From the NCBI GenBank assembly GCA_963701165.1, contig OY969571.1, positions 1,102,599 through 1,166,598 of the forward strand: a stretch of 64,000 bases of DNA, written 5' to 3'. The DNA is from an uncultured Actinomycetes bacterium. Lineage in GTDB: Bacteria; Actinomycetota; Thermoleophilia; Solirubrobacterales; 70-9. The position numbers and the translations under genes are program-made. The notes beneath the pieces were generated by a model, which made no database searches, had not been told where the DNA came from, and was given only the letters and a program-made list of their open reading frames with translations. Shown here piece by piece: positions 25,488-34,820 of this stretch (within the stretch, counting starts at the first letter, position 1; each line of letters opens with the position of its first letter).

Positions 25488-26747
25488 ATGTCTTCCGATC
25501 CCCTCACCGCATCCCCAGCCGGGCCGACGCCGGCCCCCAGTCCCGCCACGGGGGCACCGCCGGCGATCCAGGTCGAAGGCCTGCAGAAGTCCTTCCGCAT
25601 TCCCACCCACCGGGTCGACTCGCTCAAAGAGCGCGTCGTCCACCCCTTCGCCGGGCGCGAGTTCCGCGACCTGCGGGCGCTGCGCGGGGTCTCCTTCGAG
25701 ATCAGCCAGGGGGAGTTCTTCGGGATCGTCGGTCGCAACGGGTCCGGCAAGAGCACCCTGCTGAAGCTGCTGGCGAGCATCTACCGGGCCGACGCCGGCA
25801 CGATCCGGATCGCCGGGCGGCTGGCGCCCTTCATCGAGCTCGGGGTCGGCTTCAACATGGACCTCACCGCGCGCGAAAACGTCGTCCTCAACGGGGTGAT
25901 GATGGGGCTCACCCCGCGCGAGATGCGCCGCCGCCTCGACGCGATCATCGAGTTCGCCGAGCTCGAAGACTTCGTCGACCTGAAGCTGAAGAACTACTCC
26001 TCGGGGATGCTGGTGCGGCTCGCCTTCGCGGTGATGATGGAGGCCGACGCCGACGTGCTGCTGATCGACGAGGTGCTGGCGGTCGGCGACGCCGCCTTCC
26101 AGCAGAAGTGCGCCGACGCCTTTCACCAGATGAAAGCCGAGGGCAAGACGATCATCCTCGTCACCCACGAGATGGCGACGGTCGAGGACTACTGCCACCG
26201 GGCGATGCTGATCGCCGACGGCGAGATCCAGCACATCGGCGACCCCGGCGAGGTCGGGCGCGAGTACCTGCGGCTCAACTTCGAGGGCGGCGCGGACGAG
26301 GGCGCGACCGAGGGCGAGGAGGTGCGGCTGGTCGAGGCGCGGCTCGAGGGCGCCGACGGCGAGCCGACCGCCAACGTCGAGCACGGCGAGGAGATCCGGC
26401 TGCGGCTGGAACTCGAGGTCAAGCGCGACCTGCCCGGCCTCGACGTCGGCTTCCTTGTCGCCAACGCCGACGGCCTCGGCGTCTTCAACTTCGGGATCCC
26501 GGTCGGCGAGCGCGAGGAGGCGCGGGAGCTGAGCGCCGGCCAGCGGGTGGTGGTCACCGCCGCCGTCGACAACCAGCTCGTCGCCGGCCGCTACTTCGTC
26601 CACTGCGGCATCAACCGCGCCTACGAGGGCGGCATCGCGCTGTACGTGCCGAATGCGATCGACTTCGTAGTCTTCGGCGGCCCGCAAACTCGCGGCCTCG
26701 TCTACCCGGAGCTGAAGATCGACGCCGCGATCGAGGGCGGCGGATGA
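25488..26747 (+). CDS. wzt: Polysaccharide ABC exporter ATP-binding protein with a C-terminal Wzt_C-like carbohydrate-binding domain
   Basis: Walker A is GRNGSGKSTLLK, the signature is YSSGMLVRLAF, and Walker B is LLIDEVLAVGD. An extra beta-rich segment of about 150 aa (RLVEARLEG...IRLRLELEV...FLVANADG...RYFVHCGI) follows. Confidence 0.88.
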   Translation: MSSDPLTASPAGPTPAPSPATGAPPAIQVEGLQKSFRIPTHRVDSLKERVVHPFAGREFRDLRALRGVSFEISQGEFFGIVGRNGSGKSTLLKLLASIYRADAGTIRIAGRLAPFIELGVGFNMDLTARENVVLNGVMMGLTPREMRRRLDAIIEFAELEDFVDLKLKNYSSGMLVRLAFAVMMEADADVLLIDEVLAVGDAAFQQKCADAFHQMKAEGKTIILVTHEMATVEDYCHRAMLIADGEIQHIGDPGEVGREYLRLNFEGGADEGATEGEEVRLVEARLEGADGEPTANVEHGEEIRLRLELEVKRDLPGLDVGFLVANADGLGVFNFGIPVGEREEARELSAGQRVVVTAAVDNQLVAGRYFVHCGINRAYEGGIALYVPNAIDFVVFGGPQTRGLVYPELKIDAAIEGGG

Positions 26748-27601
26748 GCGCCCAACCGACCACCCCGGCACCGCTGCGCGAGGTGCGCGGCCCCTCCGCC
26801 CTCGGCGGCGGCTCGCGCCGCTTCTTCGACCTGCTCTGGCTGATGTCGGTGACCGAGTTCAAGCGCGTCTACTTCGGCACCGTGTTCGGCTACGTCTGGT
26901 CGCTGGTGCGGCCACTGGCTCTGTTCGGCGTCCTCCTCTTCGTCTTCACCCAGGTCTTCAAAATCGGCAGCGATACCGCCGAGCACTACCCGGTCCTGCT
27001 GCTGATGGGGATCGTGATGTTCACCTTTTTCCAGGAATCGACGACCAACGGGGTCACCTCGGTGGTCGCCCAGGAGGGGATCGTCCGCAAGACCCAGTTC
27101 CCGCGCCTGGTGATCCCGCTGGCGACGGTGGTGACCGGCGCCTTCAACTTCGGGCTGAACCTGATCGTGGTCCTCGGCTTCGTCCTCGCCTTCGGCGTCA
27201 CCCCGGCCTGGACCTGGCTCCTGTTCCCGCTCGTCGTCGCCGTCCTTTTCGTCTTCACCGCGGCGGTGAGCATGCTGCTCTCGGTCCTCTACGTCCGCTT
27301 CCGCGACGTGGCGATCATCTGGATGGTCTTCGCCCAGGCCCTCTTCTACGCAACCCCGATCCTCTATCCGGTCGAAGCGTTCGAAAACGAGACCTACGAA
27401 CACCTGCTGATGCTGAACCCGCTGGCGGTGATCTTCGAGCAGGCCCGCGTCTGGGTCCTCGAACCAAACGCGCCAACCGCGGTCGAGGCGGCCGGCGGAG
27501 CAGCCGGTCTGATCCCGGCGGCGGCGATCTTCGTCGGCGTCTGCGCGCTCGGCGTCTGGACCTTCAGCCGCCAGGCCCCACGAATCGCCGAGGACCTCTA
27601 G
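26744..27601 (+). CDS. wzm: ABC-2 type polysaccharide exporter permease
   Basis: The ATG at 26744 overlaps the wzt stop (ATGA). LLWLMSVTEFKRVYFGTVFGYVWSLVRPL... is followed by six TM helices. This gene is the C-terminal part of the artefactual 1183-aa track ORF. Confidence 0.85.
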   Translation: MSAQPTTPAPLREVRGPSALGGGSRRFFDLLWLMSVTEFKRVYFGTVFGYVWSLVRPLALFGVLLFVFTQVFKIGSDTAEHYPVLLLMGIVMFTFFQESTTNGVTSVVAQEGIVRKTQFPRLVIPLATVVTGAFNFGLNLIVVLGFVLAFGVTPAWTWLLFPLVVAVLFVFTAAVSMLLSVLYVRFRDVAIIWMVFAQALFYATPILYPVEAFENETYEHLLMLNPLAVIFEQARVWVLEPNAPTAVEAAGGAAGLIPAAAIFVGVCALGVWTFSRQAPRIAEDL

Positions 27602-29246
27602 GCCGGGCAGACGCGGACCGGCTGGGCGGCTTCCACCGCGAGGAACCACGGCTGGGTGGAGTTGTCCTGGGGGATCGTCAGCTTGACCACGGCGCCGCCG
27701 TCGGCGCCTTCGGTCTTGACTGGGTGTTCGCCGTCGGCGAAGCGGCGGAGGGAGAAGTCGGCATGGGGGCCGGGGGCGACTTCGATCCGGGTCGTGCCCG
27801 GTCCGAGCTCGATCTCCTCCCCGGCGGCAGCATCGAGGCAGCCAGGCGCGCCTCCCTCTTCCCGATAGGCACCGGGCGTGACCTCGGTCGATAGCGGCAG
27901 GGCCTGCCCGAGGACGATGTCCGCCTGGCGACGGCCGGACAGCGGCGCGGAAAGGAGCTCGGCCGTCGTGTAGGCGGGCGAGCCATGCTCACGCACTGCA
28001 TCGAGGTAGCTCCCCGCTTCGATTGCGATCAGCGAACCGGTCCCCGCGATCTCCGGGGTCAGCCTGAACTCGTCGGGGACGGTGCGCTCGGCGATCTCGA
28101 TTGCGGCGGTGTCGGCGCGGGTCAGGACCGAGAGGTCTTCCAGCCAGACCTTGCCGTCGCGCAGGGTGGCCAGGTTGGAGGCGACGGCGAGGACCGTGAC
28201 CGCGCCCCCGATCAGCAGCGCGTTGCGGCTGAAGCGCACCCCCCGCAGCAGCTCGGCGGCGACCAGGAGGACGAAGACGGCGCCGGCGTAGCCGTAGCGA
28301 CCGGCGACCGGCGGCCGGCCGGCGAAGAAGTTGAAGCCGGCGAGCAGCCAGTAGCTCGCCGCGGCGGCGGCCACCGGCCAGAGCCGCGGCGAGAACCCGC
28401 GCTTCTTCGTCTGGCCCCAGATAACGAGCCCGATCGCGGCAAGCAGCAGCGGCCGCCCCCATGCCGGCTCGCCGACGTCGTTTACGTCGACGGTGCTCAG
28501 TCCCAGAAGCGAGTCGATCGAGGAAGCGAAGCCTTCGAGCAGGTAGACGGGCGAGTGGAGGACGTTGTTGAGGGTGAGGTAGTTCTCCGCCTCGTGGCCC
28601 CATCCCAGGTACCAGGCCACGTAGATGAGCAGCGGCACGACCGCGATGTAGGCGCGGCCGAAGAGCCCGCGCTCGCGGCGCCGGACAAGCACGTCAACCG
28701 CGGCGCCGAGGGCGAAGGAGACCCCGATCGCCGAGAAGAGGACGGAGAGGGCGAGCAGCACGCAGGCCCAGGCGTCGCCGGCGCGGTCGTTGCGGTCGAG
28801 CAGCAGCAGCGCCGCGACGCCGGTGAGGACCGAGCCGACGATCACGGTCTGGAACGGCCACATCAGCACCATCCAGGAGGGTCCGAGGAAGCTGATCAGC
28901 GCCGCCGCGATCACCGCCGGCCAGGGCCGACCCGCCTGCGCACGTAGACGAAGACCAGGGCCGCCGTCGCCAGCAGCATCGCGGTGAGGACGACCCGTTC
29001 CGGCAGCGCCGAGGTCATCCCGAAGGCGGAGACGAGGAGCTTCTCGATCGCCACCGGGATGACGACGATGTGCTCGTTGTGGGGCTGGACGAAGGTGTCC
29101 AGGGAGCTTCCCTGCCGTTCGAGCAGGAAGTTCCAGGTGTCCTGGATGAAGGTGAAGTTCCTGCCCAGGTAGAGGAGCACCACCGCCGAGGCGAAGAGGA
29201 CGCCGGCAAGAGCGGCCGTCGGGGCGTTCCGCCTCTGCCAAGCCAT
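27598..29246 (-). CDS. Polytopic membrane protein, family A (paralog of 54484..56130); frame broken by one apparently missing base at 28924..28926
   Basis: The N-terminal 108 aa (MAWQRRN...FIQDTWNFLLERQ...PHNEHIVVIPV...VYVRRRVG) lie in the frame of track ORF 28911..31136. The rest (PWPAVIAAALISFLGPSW...) lies in ORF 27598..29241. The intact paralog reads straight across the junction (QRRLGPWPALIAAVLLLFLGPAW). Confidence 0.65.
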
Positions 29247-30913
29247 CAGGCGCGCGAGTCTAGTGCGAGGGCGGCGAAGCCACCGAGGCCGAGCGCGGCG
29301 AGGAGGCCGGCGAGGACCGAGTAGGAGGTGTCCGGCGGTGGCAGCTGCGCCGGCACGTAGAGGACGAGGCTGATCAGGATCCAGCAGCCCACCCAGCCGA
29401 CGGCAAAGCGCGGGAAGCTCGCCCGCAGACCGGCCACCGCCCCCGCCATCCCCAGGACCGGCAGCAGGTAGCTGCCGACGTGGAGCACCGTCCGCAGCGC
29501 TTCGCTGCCAAAGACGAGCAGCCCCCAGGCGACGGCGCCGATGGCGACCGCGGCGAAGCAGACGAGCGCGAAGCGCCACTCCTCGGCTGGTGGGCCGCGG
29601 CGGCGGGCGAAGAACATCGCGAAGGGAGCCAGGAGCAACAGCCCCAGCGAGGGGAAGAGGTTGAAGAAGACGATCGCCTTCCCGGCGCCGATCATGTCGG
29701 CTGCCTTGCCGCTGTCGAGGGCGCTTTCCACCGTCTCGACCATCGGCCCGCCGCCGAACATCGTCACGAAGTTCTGGCCCTTGTTGTGGAGGGTGCCGCC
29801 GAAGCCGGCTTCCTCGTAGGAATCGACGATCGTCTCGCTGACGCCGCGGTCGTCGATTTCGACCACCCCCGCCAGCGTCCACTTCACGAGGCGGTTGCCG
29901 GGCGGGTCGGCGTACTTCTGGTAGGCCGACCAGGGCGCCATCAGGGCGATCCCGACGAGGGCCGCGACGCTGATCCAGCGCCAGCTCGGCAGCCCGCGGA
30001 AGGCCGCGACTCCGACCAAGGGGATGATCCCGAAGACGCTGCCGCCGTGGGCGAGCATGGCGAGCGCGCAGAGCGCGGCCACCAGACCAGCCCCCCAGAG
30101 ACTGCGGCGCAGCTCGTCCCAGAGCGGCGTCAGCACCAGCGCCGCGACGGCGAGCAGGAGCGCGGCAGGCAGCATCTTCGGCCAGACGTAGAAGCCGTTG
30201 ACGATCGCCAGCCCGCTGACCAGCACCGTCACCATCGTCAGCGCCCGCGTCACCCGGCCCACCCGGGCGGCCAGCAGCAGCGCCCAGAGACCGACGATCC
30301 AGAGCTGCTGCAGGACCACCGCCAGCACCTGGTAGTTGAGCTTGTCCTCGTCCCAGCCGAAGGGGTACTGGGCGAGGGCGTAGCCGACCTGCAGCGGCGG
30401 CCGGTCGCTGGAGAGCCATTCGCCGGGGAACACCGGCGGCGTGCCGTCGTGCCCATGGCTGTAGAACCATTCGGCGAAGAAGGCGGGGATGTCGTTGTCG
30501 GCCGGCAGCGGCCCGATGAAGCGAGTGGCTGCGGTGCTCAGCGGGGCATCGGTGCCGCCGTGGAGGAAACCGAGGAAGACGAGAAAGAGCGAGCCCAGCG
30601 CCCAAAGCCCCAACGGGACGGCCAGCTGCCGCAACAGCTCCCCCGGCAACCGCCTCTCGTAAAGCAGCCAGCCGATCAGCGCCACCGGGCCGATCAGCGC
30701 CAAATAGGAGAGCGATTCGCCGACCACCGGATCGGCGTAGTAGGTCCAGAAGGCGAGCATCGCGGCGGCCGCGGTGGCCACGATCCCAATCGCCAGCAGG
30801 ACCGGGACGCCGCGGACCCCAAGCCGCGCCGCGAGCAGCGTCGCCGCAACCCCCGGCAGCGCCGTCAGGACCAGGTGCAGGAGGAGGATGAGGAAGAGCT
30901 CGGGGTTGCTCAC
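29246..30913 (-). CDS. Polytopic membrane protein of unknown function (555 aa; possibly GT-C-like)
   Basis: At least 12 TM helices with a conserved-looking loop EWLSSDRPPLQVGYAL. The stop overlaps the downstream start and the start overlaps the upstream stop, so it looks operonic. Confidence 0.5.
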   Translation of the reverse strand: MSNPELFLILLLHLVLTALPGVAATLLAARLGVRGVPVLLAIGIVATAAAAMLAFWTYYADPVVGESLSYLALIGPVALIGWLLYERRLPGELLRQLAVPLGLWALGSLFLVFLGFLHGGTDAPLSTAATRFIGPLPADNDIPAFFAEWFYSHGHDGTPPVFPGEWLSSDRPPLQVGYALAQYPFGWDEDKLNYQVLAVVLQQLWIVGLWALLLAARVGRVTRALTMVTVLVSGLAIVNGFYVWPKMLPAALLLAVAALVLTPLWDELRRSLWGAGLVAALCALAMLAHGGSVFGIIPLVGVAAFRGLPSWRWISVAALVGIALMAPWSAYQKYADPPGNRLVKWTLAGVVEIDDRGVSETIVDSYEEAGFGGTLHNKGQNFVTMFGGGPMVETVESALDSGKAADMIGAGKAIVFFNLFPSLGLLLLAPFAMFFARRRGPPAEEWRFALVCFAAVAIGAVAWGLLVFGSEALRTVLHVGSYLLPVLGMAGAVAGLRASFPRFAVGWVGCWILISLVLYVPAQLPPPDTSYSVLAGLLAALGLGGFAALALDSRA

Positions 30914-32133
30914 GCGGCTGGACCCCCGGCGACGGCCTCAGCCGGCCGCGGCGCGGCGTCCGCTTCCGGGCGACCCCACACCACCCGGAACATCGTCCAT
31001 GAGGCATCGGCCGTGGCGAAGAGCAGAACGAGGTCGCGGACCACGGCCTTGCCGGGAGATATCCCGAGCGCGCCGCTGAGCAGCATCGCGACGAGGACCA
31101 GCCAGGCCGGTCGCTCCAATCGCGTCGATCGCGCACAGAGCACGACGGCGGCCAGCCCCACCATCCAGACCATGAACTGGGGACTGAGGACGCGGCTGGT
31201 CACCAGGAACAGGAGCACGATGGTGAAGACGAAATCGCGGGCCAGCACCTCGTCGGCGAGGTCGGTACGCCCGCTGCGGATCGCCCGGTCGCGCATCCAC
31301 CACCACCAGGCGGCGGCGAGGAGGACGAGGATCGCGGCAACCCCGAGCAGCGCCGAAACGGCGTCAGCGGTCGAACCGGCGATCTCGCTGGTGCCGTAAC
31401 GCTGAGCAACTGGCAGCGGCTCGCCGGTGATGACCTCCCGCAACTGCCACGGAGACGCAGCGACAGCTTCGATCTGCAGGCCGCGGTCGTTCTGGTTCGT
31501 GAAGAAGGCGGTCTGGTCTCCAAAGGCGATCCAGGCGACCACGAAAACCGCCACCATCGTGGCGGCCGCGACGGCGACCGAACGCAGCAGCCGCCGACGG
31601 TCCCACTCCCCGAACAGCACGAACGCCGGCCAGACCTTGACCGTGGCGCCGAGCCCGGCCAAAGCCCCGAACCAGGTCGGCCGGCGATGGATGACGACCA
31701 GCGCGGCGATCGCGATCACCGTCGGCACGATGTCGAAGCGCAGCAGCGGCATCGCCCCCAGCACCGGCATCGCCAGCAACCAGATCCAGACGCCGGTGTC
31801 GCGGCGCTCACGGTCGGCCAGCAGCATCACCAGCAGAAACCCGATCAGGTCGAAGACCAGCATCAGAATCACAAAGGTGAGCTTGAAGTCCAGCGGACCG
31901 AGGCGGGGAATCAGGAACAGGAAGGCCGCCCCCGGCGGGTACTGCCAGGTTTCTTCCTGCGGCATCAGACCGGTCGAGGCGATCCAGTTCGACCAGCCTT
32001 CGTAGGTGTTGACGTCCTGGTATTCGGAGCCGTTGACGTGATCCCAAAGCCCAATCTGCGCCAGCATGTAGCTACGGGAAACCAGCCAGGCGAATATCCA
32101 GGCCGGAATCTTGAGTCTGGGATCCAGTCGCAT
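30910..32133 (-). CDS. GT87/DUF2029-like polyprenol-phosphate-sugar-dependent glycosyltransferase, tandem paralog 1
   Basis: The ATG at 32133 was verified. QDVNTY matches the D-x-x-x-Y loop, and WQYPPGAAFLFLIP and RVLSPQFMVW are present, with about 10 TM helices. Confidence 0.6.
   Translation of the reverse strand: MRLDPRLKIPAWIFAWLVSRSYMLAQIGLWDHVNGSEYQDVNTYEGWSNWIASTGLMPQEETWQYPPGAAFLFLIPRLGPLDFKLTFVILMLVFDLIGFLLVMLLADRERRDTGVWIWLLAMPVLGAMPLLRFDIVPTVIAIAALVVIHRRPTWFGALAGLGATVKVWPAFVLFGEWDRRRLLRSVAVAAATMVAVFVVAWIAFGDQTAFFTNQNDRGLQIEAVAASPWQLREVITGEPLPVAQRYGTSEIAGSTADAVSALLGVAAILVLLAAAWWWWMRDRAIRSGRTDLADEVLARDFVFTIVLLFLVTSRVLSPQFMVWMVGLAAVVLCARSTRLERPAWLVLVAMLLSGALGISPGKAVVRDLVLLFATADASWTMFRVVWGRPEADAAPRPAEAVAGGPAA
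31923..32027. repeat. 105-bp tract identical to 33152..33256 (inside GT87 paralog 1)
   Basis: Compared base by base. The offset is a constant 1229 nt, with mismatches immediately outside both ends. Confidence 0.85.
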
Positions 32134-32138
32134 CCCGG

Positions 32139-33359
32139 CTAGGAAGTGTCGACCGCGGCGGCGGTCCGGACGGGAGCAGGGGCCTCCTCCCGGTCCGGCT
32201 CGTCTCGCACAGCCCGGTAAAGCGTCCAGCAGGCGTCGACCGCGGCGAAGACCAGGGCGAGGTTGCGGATTACGGCATTTGCAGACGATTGGTAGAGGCC
32301 GGCAGTCAGAATGACCGAACCGACGACGATCCACGCGGGCCGCGCCAGTCTGGTGCCCCCAGTGGCCAGGATCACACCCGACAGGCCGACCATCCAGATC
32401 ATGAACTGGGGGCTGAGGACGCGACTCGTCACCAGGAACAGGAGCATCACGGTGAAGATGAAGTCACGGGCCAACGCCTCGTCGGCGAGGTCCTTGCGGC
32501 CGCGGCGGATCGCCCGGTCGCGAAACCACCACCACCAGGCGGCGGCAAGCAGAACCAGGAACGCAGCGGCGCTGAGTGCCTTACCGACCGCGTCGGCGAG
32601 GTCGGAGCCGATCTCGAGCGTCCCGAACCGCCCCACCAGGGGCGCGGGAGTTTCGGTGATCAGAGTTCGGAGCTGCCACGGCGTGGCGGCCACGGACTCG
32701 ATTTGAAGACCGCGGTCTTTCTGGTTGTCGATGAAGGCGGTCTGATCGCCGAAGGCGATCTGAGAAACAGCGAAAATCGCTGCCACGACCGCGACTGCCG
32801 CCGCCACCGAGCGCAGTAATCGTCGCCGATCCCACTCGGCGAAGAGGACGAAGGCGGGCCATACCTTGATCATCGCGCCGAGGCCGACCAAAGCCCCGAA
32901 CCAGGCCGGACGACGATGAACGACCAGCAAGGCGGCAATCGCGATCACGGTGGGCACCAGATCGAAGCGGAGGAGGGGAAAGGCAAAAAGAAGGGGCATC
33001 CCGAGCAGCCAGATCCAGACGCCGGCGTCCCGATGTTCCCGACGCGCCAACACGGTCATCAGCCAGAACCCGATCAGGTCGACGATCAGCATCAGAACGG
33101 CGAAGGACGGCTTGTACTCCAGCGGCCCCAATCGGGGGATGAGGAACAAGTAGGCCGCCCCCGGCGGGTACTGCCAGGTTTCTTCCTGCGGCATCAGACC
33201 GGTCGAGGCGATCCAGTTCGACCAGCCTTCGTAGGTGTTGACGTCCTGGTATTCGGCCCCAGCCTCTTTCCAGAAGCCGATCTGGACGGCCATGAAGGCA
33301 CGGGTGACGACCCAGACCGCAATCCAGATCGGAATTTTGAACCTGGTGGCGAAGCGCAT
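32139..33359 (-). CDS. GT87/DUF2029-like glycosyltransferase, tandem paralog 2
   Basis: Same motifs (QDVNTYEGWSNWIASTGLMPQEETWQYPPGAAYLFLIP, SPQFMIW). Collinear with paralog 1. Confidence 0.6.
   Translation of the reverse strand: MRFATRFKIPIWIAVWVVTRAFMAVQIGFWKEAGAEYQDVNTYEGWSNWIASTGLMPQEETWQYPPGAAYLFLIPRLGPLEYKPSFAVLMLIVDLIGFWLMTVLARREHRDAGVWIWLLGMPLLFAFPLLRFDLVPTVIAIAALLVVHRRPAWFGALVGLGAMIKVWPAFVLFAEWDRRRLLRSVAAAVAVVAAIFAVSQIAFGDQTAFIDNQKDRGLQIESVAATPWQLRTLITETPAPLVGRFGTLEIGSDLADAVGKALSAAAFLVLLAAAWWWWFRDRAIRRGRKDLADEALARDFIFTVMLLFLVTSRVLSPQFMIWMVGLSGVILATGGTRLARPAWIVVGSVILTAGLYQSSANAVIRNLALVFAAVDACWTLYRAVRDEPDREEAPAPVRTAAAVDTS
33152..33256. repeat. 105-bp tract identical to 31923..32027 (inside GT87 paralog 2)
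   Basis: Same comparison as for 31923..32027. The tract encodes ...YQDVNTYEGWSNWIASTGLMPQEETWQYPPGAA. Confidence 0.85.
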
Positions 33360-33419
33360 CCCGAACGCGGCACACTTACATATCCGGTCCGACGGGCTAT
33401 CGGTAGGCGCCTGCCCGGC

Positions 33420-34673
33420 CTAAGCGATGTCGGCCACCGGCCGCCGACGATCCTGCTCCTGTGAAGGCACTTGCCCTCCGCTCTTCTCGGGAACTCTGAG
33501 CAAGACCGTCGATAAGACGACCGCCGCATCGATGGCCGCATAAAGGAGCACCAGGTTCCTCGTCACGATGGTAATCGCGGTGGCCTGGACGACTCCAGCG
33601 GTGAGCACAGCCGCAACGACGGTCAGCCAGGCGGCGCGGGCGATGCGGGTGCGGCGGGAGGAAAGCACGACAGCACTGAGGCCGACCAGCCAGATCATGT
33701 ACTGGGGGCTGAGGACCCGGCTGACGATCACGAACAGGAGGGTCACGGTGAAAACGAAGTCGCGACTCAGCGCGACGTCCTTCAGGTCCTCGCGGCCAGC
33801 GCGGATACCTCGATCCCGCAGTCGCCACCAGACCGCCGCGCCGGCGAGGACGAGGAAGGCGGCGACGTCGAGGGCTTTCGCGACGGCATCGCCCAAGCCG
33901 GAAGCGATCTCGTTCGAGCCGTAGCGGGCAATCAGGAACTGCCCTTCCCCGGTGACGACCTCGCGCAGTTTCCAGGGGAGCGCCCCGACCGATTCCACCT
34001 GCAGGCCCCGCTCTCCCTGATGGCCGAGGAATCCGAACGGATCGCTGAGGAGGATCGCAACGACGGCGAAGATCGCAGCGATGCTCGCGGCGGCGGCGCC
34101 CGCCGAGCGCAGCAGCCGTTCTCGATCCCACTCGCCGAAGAGTAGGAAGATCGGCCAGACCTTGATCGCCGCGCCGACGCCCGCCAGGACCCCGAACCAG
34201 CCGGGCCGGCGGTGAATCACGAGCAGTCCGGCCATCGCCAGCACGGTCGGAACTAGGTCGAAGCGCAGCAGCGGCATCCCGCCCCACGACTGGATGCCGG
34301 CAAGCAGGGGCATCGCCAGCAGCCAGATCCAGACCCCGGCGTCGCGCCGTCCCTCCTTCGCGAACCTGGTCATCAGCCAGAAGCCGACGAGGTCGATCAC
34401 CAGCATCATGACCATGAAGGAGAGGTCGAACTCCGCCCAGCTGAGCCGGGGCGCCAACATCACGAAGGCCGCCCCCGGGGGGTACTGCCAAAGCTCTTCG
34501 TTCGGCAGCCCTCCGGTTTCGACCATGAACTGCGACCACTCGTGGTAGAGGACGACGTCCTGGTACTGCGGACCGCTGGGAAGCCAGAACCCGACCTGCA
34601 CGATCATCAGGGCGCGGGTCAGGACCCAGACGGCAATCCAGATCGGAAGTTTGAACCTGGTCGCGAAGGGCAT
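33420..34673 (-). CDS. GT87/DUF2029-like glycosyltransferase, tandem paralog 3 (more diverged)
   Basis: The ATG at 34673 gives MPFATRFKLPIW. QDVVLY, WQYPPGAAFVMLAP and SPQYMIW are present. Confidence 0.6.
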   Translation of the reverse strand: MPFATRFKLPIWIAVWVLTRALMIVQVGFWLPSGPQYQDVVLYHEWSQFMVETGGLPNEELWQYPPGAAFVMLAPRLSWAEFDLSFMVMMLVIDLVGFWLMTRFAKEGRRDAGVWIWLLAMPLLAGIQSWGGMPLLRFDLVPTVLAMAGLLVIHRRPGWFGVLAGVGAAIKVWPIFLLFGEWDRERLLRSAGAAAASIAAIFAVVAILLSDPFGFLGHQGERGLQVESVGALPWKLREVVTGEGQFLIARYGSNEIASGLGDAVAKALDVAAFLVLAGAAVWWRLRDRGIRAGREDLKDVALSRDFVFTVTLLFVIVSRVLSPQYMIWLVGLSAVVLSSRRTRIARAAWLTVVAAVLTAGVVQATAITIVTRNLVLLYAAIDAAVVLSTVLLRVPEKSGGQVPSQEQDRRRPVADIA

Positions 34674-34738
34674 CCCGAAGGCGGCAGATTGGCAGATTTG
34701 CGCAGACACGTGGGCGATCCCCGGGCTGGGCGCGCGAC

Positions 34739-34795
34739 AATATATAGATTGATATCCCTCTTATTAATTAGTCAAACACAATTAGGCGAACTGTC
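34739..34795. promoter_or_regulatory. AT-rich island in the divergent intergenic region between GT87 paralog 3 and the matrixin gene; probable divergent promoter/regulatory region
   Basis: aatatatagattgatatccctcttattaattagtcaaacacaattagg stands out sharply against the GC-rich flanks. AAGGAG (34806..34811) and a TTG start at 34821 follow. Confidence 0.4.
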
Positions 34796-34820
34796 GCCAC
34801 TCGCAAAGGAGAGAAGAGAC

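Noticed and set aside
24050-26743. N-terminal roughly 900 aa of the 1183-aa ORF 24050..27601, and the 903-aa antisense ORF 24060..26771
   Set aside because: Both are Arg/Pro-rich nonsense. The same DNA encodes a convincing membrane protein (24087..25436) and wzt (25488..26747) in other frames. Only the last 285 codons (wzm, from the ATG at 26744) are real.
29247-31136. Upstream 630 codons of the 741-aa ORF 28911..31136
   Set aside because: Only the last 111 codons (from the ATG at 29246) are protein-like and match the N-terminus of the paralog at 54484..56130. The rest overlaps the real 555-aa membrane gene in another frame.
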